IMG/VR virus record: IMGVR_UViG_3300045971_001064
Coordinates: 75,256 to 98,738 of that record
Origin: a virus
DNA length: 23,483 nucleotides
Direction: 5' to 3' (one strand)
Positions 1-8,800 of this stretch are shown in pieces (the first letter of the stretch is position 1; every line of letters starts with the position of its first letter). The notes under the pieces were generated by a model. That model saw only the letters and a program-made list of their open reading frames with translations, was not told the DNA's origin and ran no database searches. The translations under genes and the position numbers were made by a program.

Positions 1-306
1 GAAGGTATCCTGCGCTTCGAGGCTGGACTCTCGACCCGGAAGGCTGAGGCTGGAGGCAAGCGCGCCGAGGAGACCATGGAGGCGTACCGCGAGCGCGTCA
101 AGCTGGAGAACGGGCACGGCAAGCTGGAGGACGCCGCGCGAGCCATGATGAAACTGGAGACCGCGACCGAGCACGTCACCACCGGAATGGGAAAGGTGGC
201 TGGCAAGCTGGTGTCTGTCGAAGGCGCTCTCGACGCCATCACGGAAGCGGCCGACCGCGCTCGCTCAAGCCCTTGGAGCGACATCACCGTTCCGCCGGGA
301 GGCTAG
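1..306 (+). CDS. 3' end of a gene entering from the left; probable tape measure protein C-terminus
   Basis: Frame 1 is open from base 1 (EGILRFEAGLSTRKAEAGG...) to TAG 304-306. The product is Ala/Glu/Lys-rich and looks helical. It lies directly upstream of the hub gene (TAGATG junction), the usual tape-measure position. Confidence 0.5.
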   Translation, partial: EGILRFEAGLSTRKAEAGGKRAEETMEAYRERVKLENGHGKLEDAARAMMKLETATEHVTTGMGKVAGKLVSVEGALDAITEAADRARSSPWSDITVPPGG

Positions 307-2184
307 ATGGCGCCGCGCTACTACCTCGCAGAGGACTTCGGCCCCAACGACATGGTGTCGTACTCGCCTCACTGGGTGCTGGCGTTCGCGCGCTTTGCGA
401 ACCCCATCACGTACGACCCCACCACTCGCAAGAGCGTCAACACCGACCCGTCGTTCGCGTACGAGGAGCGAGACCCCCAGAACCCGCTCATCATCGACGA
501 CCAAGGCGACTGCGTCTCGCTGTCGGTGAGCGCAGACAAGGACTCGCACACGGCCTCGATGCAGGCCACCCTGCTGGACAAGGGCACCAAGTACCTCAAC
601 GAGTTGCTGCCCGGGGACTGGGTCGTCGCGTTCATGGTCTACAGCGAGAACGAGATGCGCGCGCTGAGGAAGGCGCTGGCGGCTCGTACGAAAGTGAACA
701 CTTGGCACAGCGGCCTGAAGTTCGTCGGGCGCGTGCACACGGTCCAGAAGACGGTCTCGGTCGCTCCGGACGGCCAGCACCGCAGCGCCTACTCCCTGTC
801 GTGCGTGGCCTTCAGCGAGTTCGACAGCACGGTGCTGTACTACCCGCAGTTGGCGTACCAAGGGGACAGCGCCTTCGTGTCGATGGACCGCTTCGCACCT
901 CTCATCAGTTCCATGGTCCGCGGCGAGAACTCTGACGAGCACGGCGCGCTCGACCCCAACCGCATCATTCCGAAGCTGATGACGTCGCTGTTCGGTCTTG
1001 GCGCGTGGTCGAACCAGAACTCAGGGCTGGCCCCTCAGGCTCACGGCGACACGCCGAAGGCCTTGACTCCCAACGAGGCGTACATCATCCCCGAGACGAT
1101 GGCCAAGTGGTTCGGGGTAGGCAACTCCAAGAGCAAGTTCTCGGACTTGATGCAGGTGCTGGTCGGAGTGCAGAAGTACTCCGCCAAGACCTACACCGAC
1201 AACCTCTGTGACCAGCCGAACGGCGGTGGCTTGTTCTGGCCTGACGACGCGAAGACGGGCAAGGACGGGGGCTTCCTGTGCCGCTTCCCCTTGTCGGGCA
1301 CCTTCTCGGCCACCGAGATTCCGCCCACCACCACGACCGTGTGGTCGTTCATCTCGGCCTACATCGCATCGCCAGTCAACGAGGGCTTTGTGACTCTACG
1401 CCCTCACATCAACGGCGACATCTTCCCCTTCTTCACCGTCAGGCAGACGCCCTACACCTCCGAGGTCGGGCTCCAGTTCACCTTGGAGGACTTCCAAGCT
1501 GAGGAGGGCGCGACCACGCGCCGGAACCAGCCGCAGAAGACGAAGAAGAACGCCAAGAAGGGTCCGCCGCCCGCGCGCACCCCGGTGTTCCGCAGGATGC
1601 CCACGACCCGCTTCTTGGAGCTTCCTCGCTGGGTCGTCCCCGACTCCATCATGACCGAGGCGTCTGTCGGCCGCTCGGACGCCATGCGGCAGAACCTCGT
1701 CTACGTGTACGGCACCGGGCCGGGCGTGGCGGTCGACGAGTACAACCAGTTCATCTCGTCGCCTCCCGTCACGGACCGGCTGGACATCATGCGCAACGGC
1801 ATCCGCCCCTACATGCCGTCGGTGAACTGCTTCCTCGTGCAGGCGCTGATGGTCCCCATCGACTGGCGCGAGGTCATGTCGGACATCGTCATGGGGCAGC
1901 ACCTGACCCTGAGCGGCTCACTGGCGACGTACGGCATCCGCTCGCCTATCGCCCCGGGCGACAACGTGGAGTTCCAAGGCGTCGTCTACCACATCCAAGG
2001 CCTGTCGCACACATGCTCCATCTCGGCTGAGGGGCAGAGGTCGTTCACGACGCGCATGAGCCTGTCGCGCGGCAGCGTCGACCGCGGAGCCGAGAAGGGC
2101 ACCTTCGCGGAGCGCTCTCGCTCCCTCCCCAACACGAAGTCGACCGACTCCGAAGGCTCGTACGTCGGCGTCACCAAGGACTAG
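307..2184 (+). CDS. Baseplate hub protein (T4 gp27 / Mu gp44-like fold), 625 aa
   Basis: Strong coding bias. N-terminal hub-like motifs (CVSLSVSADKDSHTASMQATL, LLPGDWVV, FVGRVHTV) and a C-terminal barrel motif (LSGSLATYG..IAPGDNVEFQGVVYHIQGLSHT...FTTRMSLSRG). Position between the putative tape measure and the spike. Confidence 0.7.
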   Translation: MAPRYYLAEDFGPNDMVSYSPHWVLAFARFANPITYDPTTRKSVNTDPSFAYEERDPQNPLIIDDQGDCVSLSVSADKDSHTASMQATLLDKGTKYLNELLPGDWVVAFMVYSENEMRALRKALAARTKVNTWHSGLKFVGRVHTVQKTVSVAPDGQHRSAYSLSCVAFSEFDSTVLYYPQLAYQGDSAFVSMDRFAPLISSMVRGENSDEHGALDPNRIIPKLMTSLFGLGAWSNQNSGLAPQAHGDTPKALTPNEAYIIPETMAKWFGVGNSKSKFSDLMQVLVGVQKYSAKTYTDNLCDQPNGGGLFWPDDAKTGKDGGFLCRFPLSGTFSATEIPPTTTTVWSFISAYIASPVNEGFVTLRPHINGDIFPFFTVRQTPYTSEVGLQFTLEDFQAEEGATTRRNQPQKTKKNAKKGPPPARTPVFRRMPTTRFLELPRWVVPDSIMTEASVGRSDAMRQNLVYVYGTGPGVAVDEYNQFISSPPVTDRLDIMRNGIRPYMPSVNCFLVQALMVPIDWREVMSDIVMGQHLTLSGSLATYGIRSPIAPGDNVEFQGVVYHIQGLSHTCSISAEGQRSFTTRMSLSRGSVDRGAEKGTFAERSRSLPNTKSTDSEGSYVGVTKD

Positions 2185-2186
2185 CA

Positions 2187-3086
2187 GTGGCCAACCCCCG
2201 CCCTCATTTCGGAGTGGTACTCCCCACGTACCTCGCACGGCACCAAGCGCCGCGCGGCGGCCCGGCTGCGACGATGAACGACTACGTCCTGCGGATGGGC
2301 GAGGTCGTGCAAGCCATCGCGCCGAACCACCCCGACAACAAGAACCCCAACTCCAAGAACAAGCAGTGGGTGTACGTGGTCAACGTGGCCTTCCGCAACG
2401 GTCTCAAGTCGCGTTCAGTCGTGCCATACCGCTGCACCATCAGCGACCTCTTCGGCACGCTCGGGGACCACTTCCGCTACTCGGTTCGGCCGGGCAAGCA
2501 GTCCTCCAAGTTCTTCGCGAAGGGCGCGTGGGTGCTGGTGATGTGCCCCAACGGAGCCAAGGCGGACGCGCTCATCGTCGGCGCGATGCGGAACCCCGAC
2601 GACAAGAGCGCCGACCCGAGCACCACCTTCCTCGACTTCCAGTTCAACGGCGTGAAGGCGTCCATCGACGCTGACGGCGCTCTGGTGCTGAAGGTCCCGG
2701 GCGCGACCAACATCGACGGCTCCCCGAGCGACCAGCGCGACGCGAACAACAAGGGCACGTCGGTCAGCTTCGGCAAGGACGGCTCGGTCGTCATCAGCGA
2801 CGGCAACGGCGACGCGGTCACGGTCTCGCCCAAGGACAAGAGCATCACCGTCACCGCAGGCGAGCAGACCACCACGGTCAGCAAGAAGTGGAAGCTGAAG
2901 GCGGCCACCGTCGAGGTTGTGGCGGACTCGGTCTCCGTCGACGCGGGCAAGGTGTTCCTCGGCGGCACCGAGATGACGGTCAACCCGCTGGACGGCGTGG
3001 TCGTAGGCACCGGCATCGACACGTTCACGGGGCTGCCGTACGTCAGCCTCGGCAGCACCTCAACCAAAGTGAAGGCGGGGAAGTAG
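2187..3086 (+). CDS. Baseplate central spike (gp5/gpV-like OB-fold plus beta-helix), 299 aa, GTG start
   Basis: OB-fold-like N-terminus (LRMGEVV...GAWVLVMCPNG..ADALIVGA) followed by short beta-strand repeats (VKASIDADGALVL, TSVSFGKDGSVVI, VTVSPKDKSITV, VEVVADSVSVDAGKVFLG). It follows the hub gene. Confidence 0.7.
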   Translation: MANPRPHFGVVLPTYLARHQAPRGGPAATMNDYVLRMGEVVQAIAPNHPDNKNPNSKNKQWVYVVNVAFRNGLKSRSVVPYRCTISDLFGTLGDHFRYSVRPGKQSSKFFAKGAWVLVMCPNGAKADALIVGAMRNPDDKSADPSTTFLDFQFNGVKASIDADGALVLKVPGATNIDGSPSDQRDANNKGTSVSFGKDGSVVISDGNGDAVTVSPKDKSITVTAGEQTTTVSKKWKLKAATVEVVADSVSVDAGKVFLGGTEMTVNPLDGVVVGTGIDTFTGLPYVSLGSTSTKVKAGK

Positions 3087-3088
3087 CC

Positions 3089-3304
3089 ATGCCCATGAAC
3101 GGAAGCATGCTGGCCAAGGAGATGCTGGTCGCTGTCGGAGGGAAGGTCACTCCTCAGCGCCTGAAGGCCTTCGAGAAGATGGCGGACGCCATCGTCAAGC
3201 ACATCCAGTTGAACGCGGTCGTCACGGTCATCACCTCGCCTCCCGCCCCGGGCTTGCCGGGAACGGGCGCAGGCGCCAAGGTCACTGGCACCGGCATCCT
3301 GTAG
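3089..3304 (+). CDS. Small spike-associated baseplate protein, 71 aa (MPMNGSMLAKEML...VTGTGIL)
   Basis: ATG 2 nt after the spike stop (TAGccATG). It is the C-terminal part of track ORF 2888..3304. A helical N-half and a Gly/Pro/Thr C-half resemble small proteins that follow spikes in contractile tails. Confidence 0.6.
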   Translation: MPMNGSMLAKEMLVAVGGKVTPQRLKAFEKMADAIVKHIQLNAVVTVITSPPAPGLPGTGAGAKVTGTGIL

Positions 3305-3306
3305 CC

Positions 3307-3313
3307 GCAATCT
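3307..3313 (+). promoter_or_regulatory. GCAATCT motif, candidate phage late-promoter element
   Basis: Lies in the 21-nt gap before ATG 3326. The same heptamer occurs in the next intergenic gap (5824-5830). Confidence 0.35.
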
Positions 3314-3325
3314 TCAAGGTACCCC

Positions 3326-5815
3326 ATGGCCACCCGGTTCGACCTCTCCGACAACCGCAAGAACCTCTACAACTCCAGCACTGGGGTTGGAGCGGCGGCG
3401 GGCATCGTCCCGGCGGGCTCCGAGAGGTACTCGCACGCGCTGTTCCCCGACGGCACTCTCTGGAACAAGGCCTTCCCCTACCAGTTGGTGGTCTTGGAAG
3501 TCGGCAAGAGTAACTTCAGGTCCACCGACATTTCGACGCGATTCCTGTCGGCCTTCAACACTGACCCGCCCTACCACATCTACAACGGGCTCATCTTCAC
3601 GCTGCCAGTGAACCCGGAGTCGATGAGCCTCACCATGCCGTTCGCCATCAACGTGTCGGCGACGCTGGGAGGCGTGGTCGAGCAGCACGGCGGCGCGCCC
3701 TTCCGTCACATCCAGTTCTCCGGCACCTTCGGCGTGGTCAACAACAAGCCGTCAGCGGCCGGGTTGCAGGGTGGACTGCTGTCTGGTCCCGGCGGCATCG
3801 CTGGCGGGACCATGCAGGCCGTCCAAGGCGTCATCTCCTCGGCGACCAGCCTCGGCATCGGAGACAAGTACAAGGCCAACCAGTTCGACGTGAAGCGCCT
3901 CAACTTCGACGAGGACAACGCCTCGGAAAGCGACACCGGGTACTTCCAGTTCAGGGCCCTCCAGCACTTCTTGGAGTCGTACGCTGAGGCCAAGAAGCAG
4001 TCGGACGGACGCGACCTGCGGCTCGCCCTGTTCATCTGGAAGGAGGAGGCGGCGTATCTGGTCACCCCTCAGCAGTTCGACGTCCAGAGGACCGCCCAGA
4101 GCCCCTACGAGTACCGCTACTCGCTGCGCTTGCAGGCGTGGCGGCGCATCCAGCCCAAGTACATCGCCAACGCTCCGACCGGCATCGACCGCGGCGCTCA
4201 GACCGCCGAGAGCAGCTTCAGCTTCGCCAAGGTCCACAAGTTCGTCTCCGACGCCACCCGCACCGCCAAGGCCGTCCAGAACACCCTGAAGGCCGTGCGC
4301 AAGGACATCGCCAAGGTCTTCGACCTGATGAAGCAGACCGCCCTCTTCTGCGGCGCCCTGACCGGCATCGTCAAGACCGCGTGGGACCTCCCGGCTGGCA
4401 TCACCAAGGACTTCGAGTCGGCGGTGAACGAGTCGTGGGACATCCTGAAGGCCTCCTACGACGGCCTCGACCCGCGCACCAAGAAGACCGTCGACGCCAT
4501 CACCGTCGAGGTCGGTGCGAGCAAGAGCGGCGGCAAGAAGAAGTCGTCGGCGCTGGAGCAGGCTCTGGTTGGAGACGACGACGGCTTCCTCGACCTCATC
4601 AAGCCCGACTCGCTCAACCTGTCCCCGACCGTCCGCGCCAACATCGACGACCACATGCAGCAGACGATGACCTTGACGAGCGACGACTTCCGGGTCATCG
4701 CCGACACCGTCTTCGCCCTGACTGCCGACTTCGCCGACGCCGTCGGCCTCAACAGCCCCACCTACGACCTCGTGACCGGCCGGACCGCCATTCCAAAGCT
4801 CCGCAACGCCACCATCGACGACTACCGGGCCATGCACTCGCTGGCCGTGGCTGGGACAGCCATCCTGTCGCTGGTCGTGAACGCCCCGAGCCGCGTGCCC
4901 GTCACCACCATCGAGTACGTCGCTGGTCTGGCCAACGCCAACGGCATCGCGATGCGTGTGCCGCTGTCCAAGTTCGCGGCCCCCTTCCCCTACGGCTCGT
5001 CCATGGAGCGCCTCGCCCAGCAGTACCTCGGCGACGCCTCCCGGTGGATGGAAATCGTGGAGTTGAACGAGCTTCGCGCGCCCTACGTCGACGAGGTCGG
5101 GACCACGGTGCTGCTGACCGTCAACGCCTCAGGCAACCTGCTCACCATGACCGACGCCTCGACCATCGGGGTCGGCCAGTTCATCAAGCTCTGGTCGGAC
5201 ACGGTCATCTCCGAGAAGCGTCGCGTGGTGGCGGTCAAGTACTTCGGCCCCAACCAGTGGCAGGTGACGTTGGACGGCGAGAGCGACCTCGCGAAGTTCA
5301 AGGTGGCCAACCGCGCCTCGGTCCAGTACTTCCTCCGCGGCACCGTGAACTCGCAGCAAATCATCTACATCCCGTCCGACACCGCCGCCGACGCTGACCT
5401 GCTCAAGTACGTGCCGGGCGGCACCGACGTGGCCCAGTTGCTTCATCAGGGCGACGTGGACGGCATGCTCTCGCCGACCGGTGACTTGGTCATCACTCCC
5501 GACGGCGACTGGCCGGTGGTCTTCGGCATGGCCTCGCTCGTCCAGTGGGCCCGGACCGCCCTGAACACCAAGATGGGGTCGCTGGCTCTGCACCCCGCCT
5601 TCGGGGTCGACGCCATGGTCGGCGACTCCATCGCGGACACCTCGGCCAACGACATCTTGAAGAGCGCGACCAACGTCTTCCGCTTCAACCCGAGCTTCAC
5701 CGGGGTGACCAGCGCGGCTGTCGACGTCAACGGCCCCACGGCCCGCGTCACGCTCGAAGTGGGCGTCAGGGGCGTCGACTCGCTGCTGCCCATCTCCTTC
5801 AGCGTCCAGTCGTAA
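3326..5815 (+). CDS. Multidomain baseplate protein: tube-initiator-like N-domain, helical linker, LysM-like domain and C-terminal gp25-like (sheath initiator) domain, 829 aa
   Basis: FTLPVNPESMSLT...IQFSGTFG...YEYRYSLRL resembles tube-fold initiators. PYGSSMERLAQQYLGDASRWMEIVELNELRAPY (~4988-5086) is LysM/gpX-like. GDLVITPDGDWPVVFGMASLVQWARTALNTKMGSLALHPAFG... (~5480-5812) is gp25/gpW-like. Confidence 0.65.
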   Translation: MATRFDLSDNRKNLYNSSTGVGAAAGIVPAGSERYSHALFPDGTLWNKAFPYQLVVLEVGKSNFRSTDISTRFLSAFNTDPPYHIYNGLIFTLPVNPESMSLTMPFAINVSATLGGVVEQHGGAPFRHIQFSGTFGVVNNKPSAAGLQGGLLSGPGGIAGGTMQAVQGVISSATSLGIGDKYKANQFDVKRLNFDEDNASESDTGYFQFRALQHFLESYAEAKKQSDGRDLRLALFIWKEEAAYLVTPQQFDVQRTAQSPYEYRYSLRLQAWRRIQPKYIANAPTGIDRGAQTAESSFSFAKVHKFVSDATRTAKAVQNTLKAVRKDIAKVFDLMKQTALFCGALTGIVKTAWDLPAGITKDFESAVNESWDILKASYDGLDPRTKKTVDAITVEVGASKSGGKKKSSALEQALVGDDDGFLDLIKPDSLNLSPTVRANIDDHMQQTMTLTSDDFRVIADTVFALTADFADAVGLNSPTYDLVTGRTAIPKLRNATIDDYRAMHSLAVAGTAILSLVVNAPSRVPVTTIEYVAGLANANGIAMRVPLSKFAAPFPYGSSMERLAQQYLGDASRWMEIVELNELRAPYVDEVGTTVLLTVNASGNLLTMTDASTIGVGQFIKLWSDTVISEKRRVVAVKYFGPNQWQVTLDGESDLAKFKVANRASVQYFLRGTVNSQQIIYIPSDTAADADLLKYVPGGTDVAQLLHQGDVDGMLSPTGDLVITPDGDWPVVFGMASLVQWARTALNTKMGSLALHPAFGVDAMVGDSIADTSANDILKSATNVFRFNPSFTGVTSAAVDVNGPTARVTLEVGVRGVDSLLPISFSVQS

Positions 5816-5823
5816 GCCCGGCA

Positions 5824-5830
5824 GCAATCT
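5824..5830 (+). promoter_or_regulatory. GCAATCT motif, candidate phage late-promoter element
   Basis: Second copy, in the 60-nt gap upstream of the giant J-like gene. An SD-like GGAGA lies at 5866-5870. Confidence 0.35.
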
Positions 5831-5875
5831 AGGATGTAGCGACCCTCCCAGTTCTTGGGGGCGGCGGAGACCCAC

Positions 5876-8800
5876 ATGCCCATCTCGTCCACACCTACGT
5901 TCCGCTCACTCTCCACCATCGTGGGCGACATGGTCTCCACGTTCCTGAGTGAACTGGACCGCAACAACATCGTGCCGGGCATCCAGTCGCTGAAGCCGGG
6001 CAGCCCGTACCTCGCCATCTTCGAGTCGACCGGCCAGTCGCAGTTCCGCAACCAAGAGCAGACCCTCAGCCTCCTCGACGCCAACGACCTCGACATCGCT
6101 CACGGCGAGCGCCTCGACCGCATCGGCGCCGCCGAGAAGCTCCTCCGGCGCGGCGCCACGTTCGCCACCGGCTACGTCAACATCTCCGACACCAGCTTCA
6201 CCAAGGTCTCCACCCGCGTCTACCAAGGCAAGCCCGCCCCCATCCCGGGCAGCGTCACCATCTACGTCGCCGACGCGACGGGCTTCGGCACCACCGGCAA
6301 CCTGTACATCGGCCGCAACACCCCGAACCTCGAAGGTCCGCTGGCCTACACCGCCTGCGTGAACGCGGGCTCCTACTGGACCATCACCCTCGCCGCCGGA
6401 ACCACCAACTTCCATGGTCTGGGTGAGGGAGTCGTCTTCGCTCAGGGCGGCGACCGCGTCATCACCGCCGGGCAGAGCGTCACCACCCCTCAGGGCAACA
6501 GCGCCACCTACGCCAAGTTCACCACCACCGCTGCGGCCACCCTCCTCGACGGCGAGACCTCCGTCCTGAACGTCCACGTGGCCAGTACCGTGCCCGGGGC
6601 TGAAGGCAACGCCTCCGCTGGCGGGGTCAAGGTCATCCCCTCTCCCGCCTTCACCGGCATGGCGGTCACCAACCCGCTCCCCATCACCAACGGGCTCGAC
6701 GTCGAGAACGACGACCTGTACCGGGAGCGCATCAAGGCCGCGCGGCGCTCGCGCGTGGGCACCGGCACCGTCCTCGGCATCAACGTGCACTCCTACGGCG
6801 TGCAGGCGCCCGACGAGGCGGCCACGGTCGTCTCCTCGCAGTACCTGTTCCGCCAGATTCTCCCCTCGCTGCTGGTCATCGACGACGGCACCGGCTACGA
6901 GGCCAAGGAGTCCGGCATCGCCTACGAGGTCCTGATGGACTCGGCCATCGGTGGCGAGGACGTCTTCTTCCTCAACCACGGGCAGCCTGTCGCCAAGGCC
7001 AGCCTGACGACCGTGCTGGCGGCACCGTACCCGCTCGCCAACCTCGACGTCCTGACCGTCAAGGTCGGCGGCGTCACCTACTCCCACTCCTTCGACTCGA
7101 CCGACTTCCTCGACATCACCAACGCCACCGCCTACGAGGTCGTGGCCAGCATCAACTCGAACCCGACCATCCCGTACTCGGCGCGCACCAGCGGCGCGGG
7201 CACCAAGGTGGCCATCTTCGCCAAGGCGAACACCAACGACGACATCGAGGTCGTGGCAGGTGGCGCCAACGTCGCCCTCAGCTTCCCGCCGGGCGTCGTC
7301 GAGGCGCTCCGCCTCTACAAGAACGACTACCTCCTCTCGAAGGACGGCACCAGCGCCTCCTTGACCTCAGCCGACCAGTCGATGTGGTCCGGCATCGTCA
7401 GCGGCGACACGCTCACCATCTCGGTCGACGGCACGCCGAGCATCACCTACACCTTCACGGACAACGACGTCATCGACCTCGGGCTCGGCTACGCCACCCT
7501 GAGCAACCTGCTGCCCCTGAGCGCGTGGGTCTCCATCTTCAACAACAAGGTCCCGGGCGTCACCTGCGCTCTGTCCGGCTCCTCGCTGACCTTCACCTCG
7601 AACCTCGGCCCGTCGGCTCGTGCCAGCGTCACCATCGACCCCGCTTCGAGCTTGGTGACCAAGGGCGTCTTCAACCCGCTGGCGCTGACCTCCTCCGGCC
7701 GCGCCAAGGACTTCGTCCTCGACCGCAACCGCGGCCAGATTGACCTGACCCAGCCGCTCGTGGCTGGCGACCAGTTGACCGCTGGCTCCTCCTTCACTCG
7801 CGCCTACTTCCAGTCGGCCTCGCTGCTGGCGCTGTCCGTCGTCCCGGTCGGCGGAGCCAACTTCTGGTTCACGGTCGACGGCGACGCGGTCCGCATCCCG
7901 CACACCCTGAACGCCTCCCACCGCGTCAACCAGTTCTGGGACGCGGGCGGGCGCACCTTCATCAGCTACACCGGCATCGTCACCCCAGCCTTCTGCTTCC
8001 GGAACGTGCAGGTCGGCGACTACGCCATCTGGACCGAGGACATGTGGGCCGCGGCTCCCGCCACCTTCTCGGTCATGCGCATCAACTGGGTGGCGCTGGA
8101 CGGCTCCTCCTTCCGCTGCGACTACCCGACGACCGGCCTCGGCACCGCCTCGGGCTTCAACAACGCAGCCCTGCCCGCCTTCGAGCGGCTGTTCTTCGTC
8201 CGCGCCAGCGCCATCCCGCAGCACGTGACCATCGCGGCTGGCAACTACTCCCCGACGGCTCTGGCTGCCGCGGTGACCGGGCTGACCGGCGCGACCGTCA
8301 GCATCGAGCGGAACAAGCTGCGCATCACCACCAACACCTTCTCCACCCTCGGTGACATCGCCCTGTCGGCGCAGGACGTCAGCGCCCTGACCGCCCTCGG
8401 CTTCACGGTCGGCTCCTCGGTCCAGAACGACGAGCCCGAGACGGCCGCGGTCGAGTCAGGCAACTCGGACGTGGGCACTCCTCGACTCGTTGACGCGCTC
8501 ACGGCCTACGTACCCCCGCTGGAGGTGCTGAGCGACCTGAGCGTTGGGGTGACGCAGAGGGACATCGTCGGCGCCCTCTGGCTTCGCGCGGTCGGCTCGG
8601 ACACCTTCCTTGGCGTCGTGACCACGGCCAGCGGCACCAACACTGGCGACTCGGCGGAGTGGACCAGCTACGTCGCCGGGAACGTGTTCCTCGACCACCT
8701 GCTCGCCCAGCCGCGCGCCGCAGTGGACGTCTTGGCGGCCGTGTCTCGCTACCGCGTCGGCCCCATCTCGGACCTGAACGTCGTCTTCGACAACGACCCC

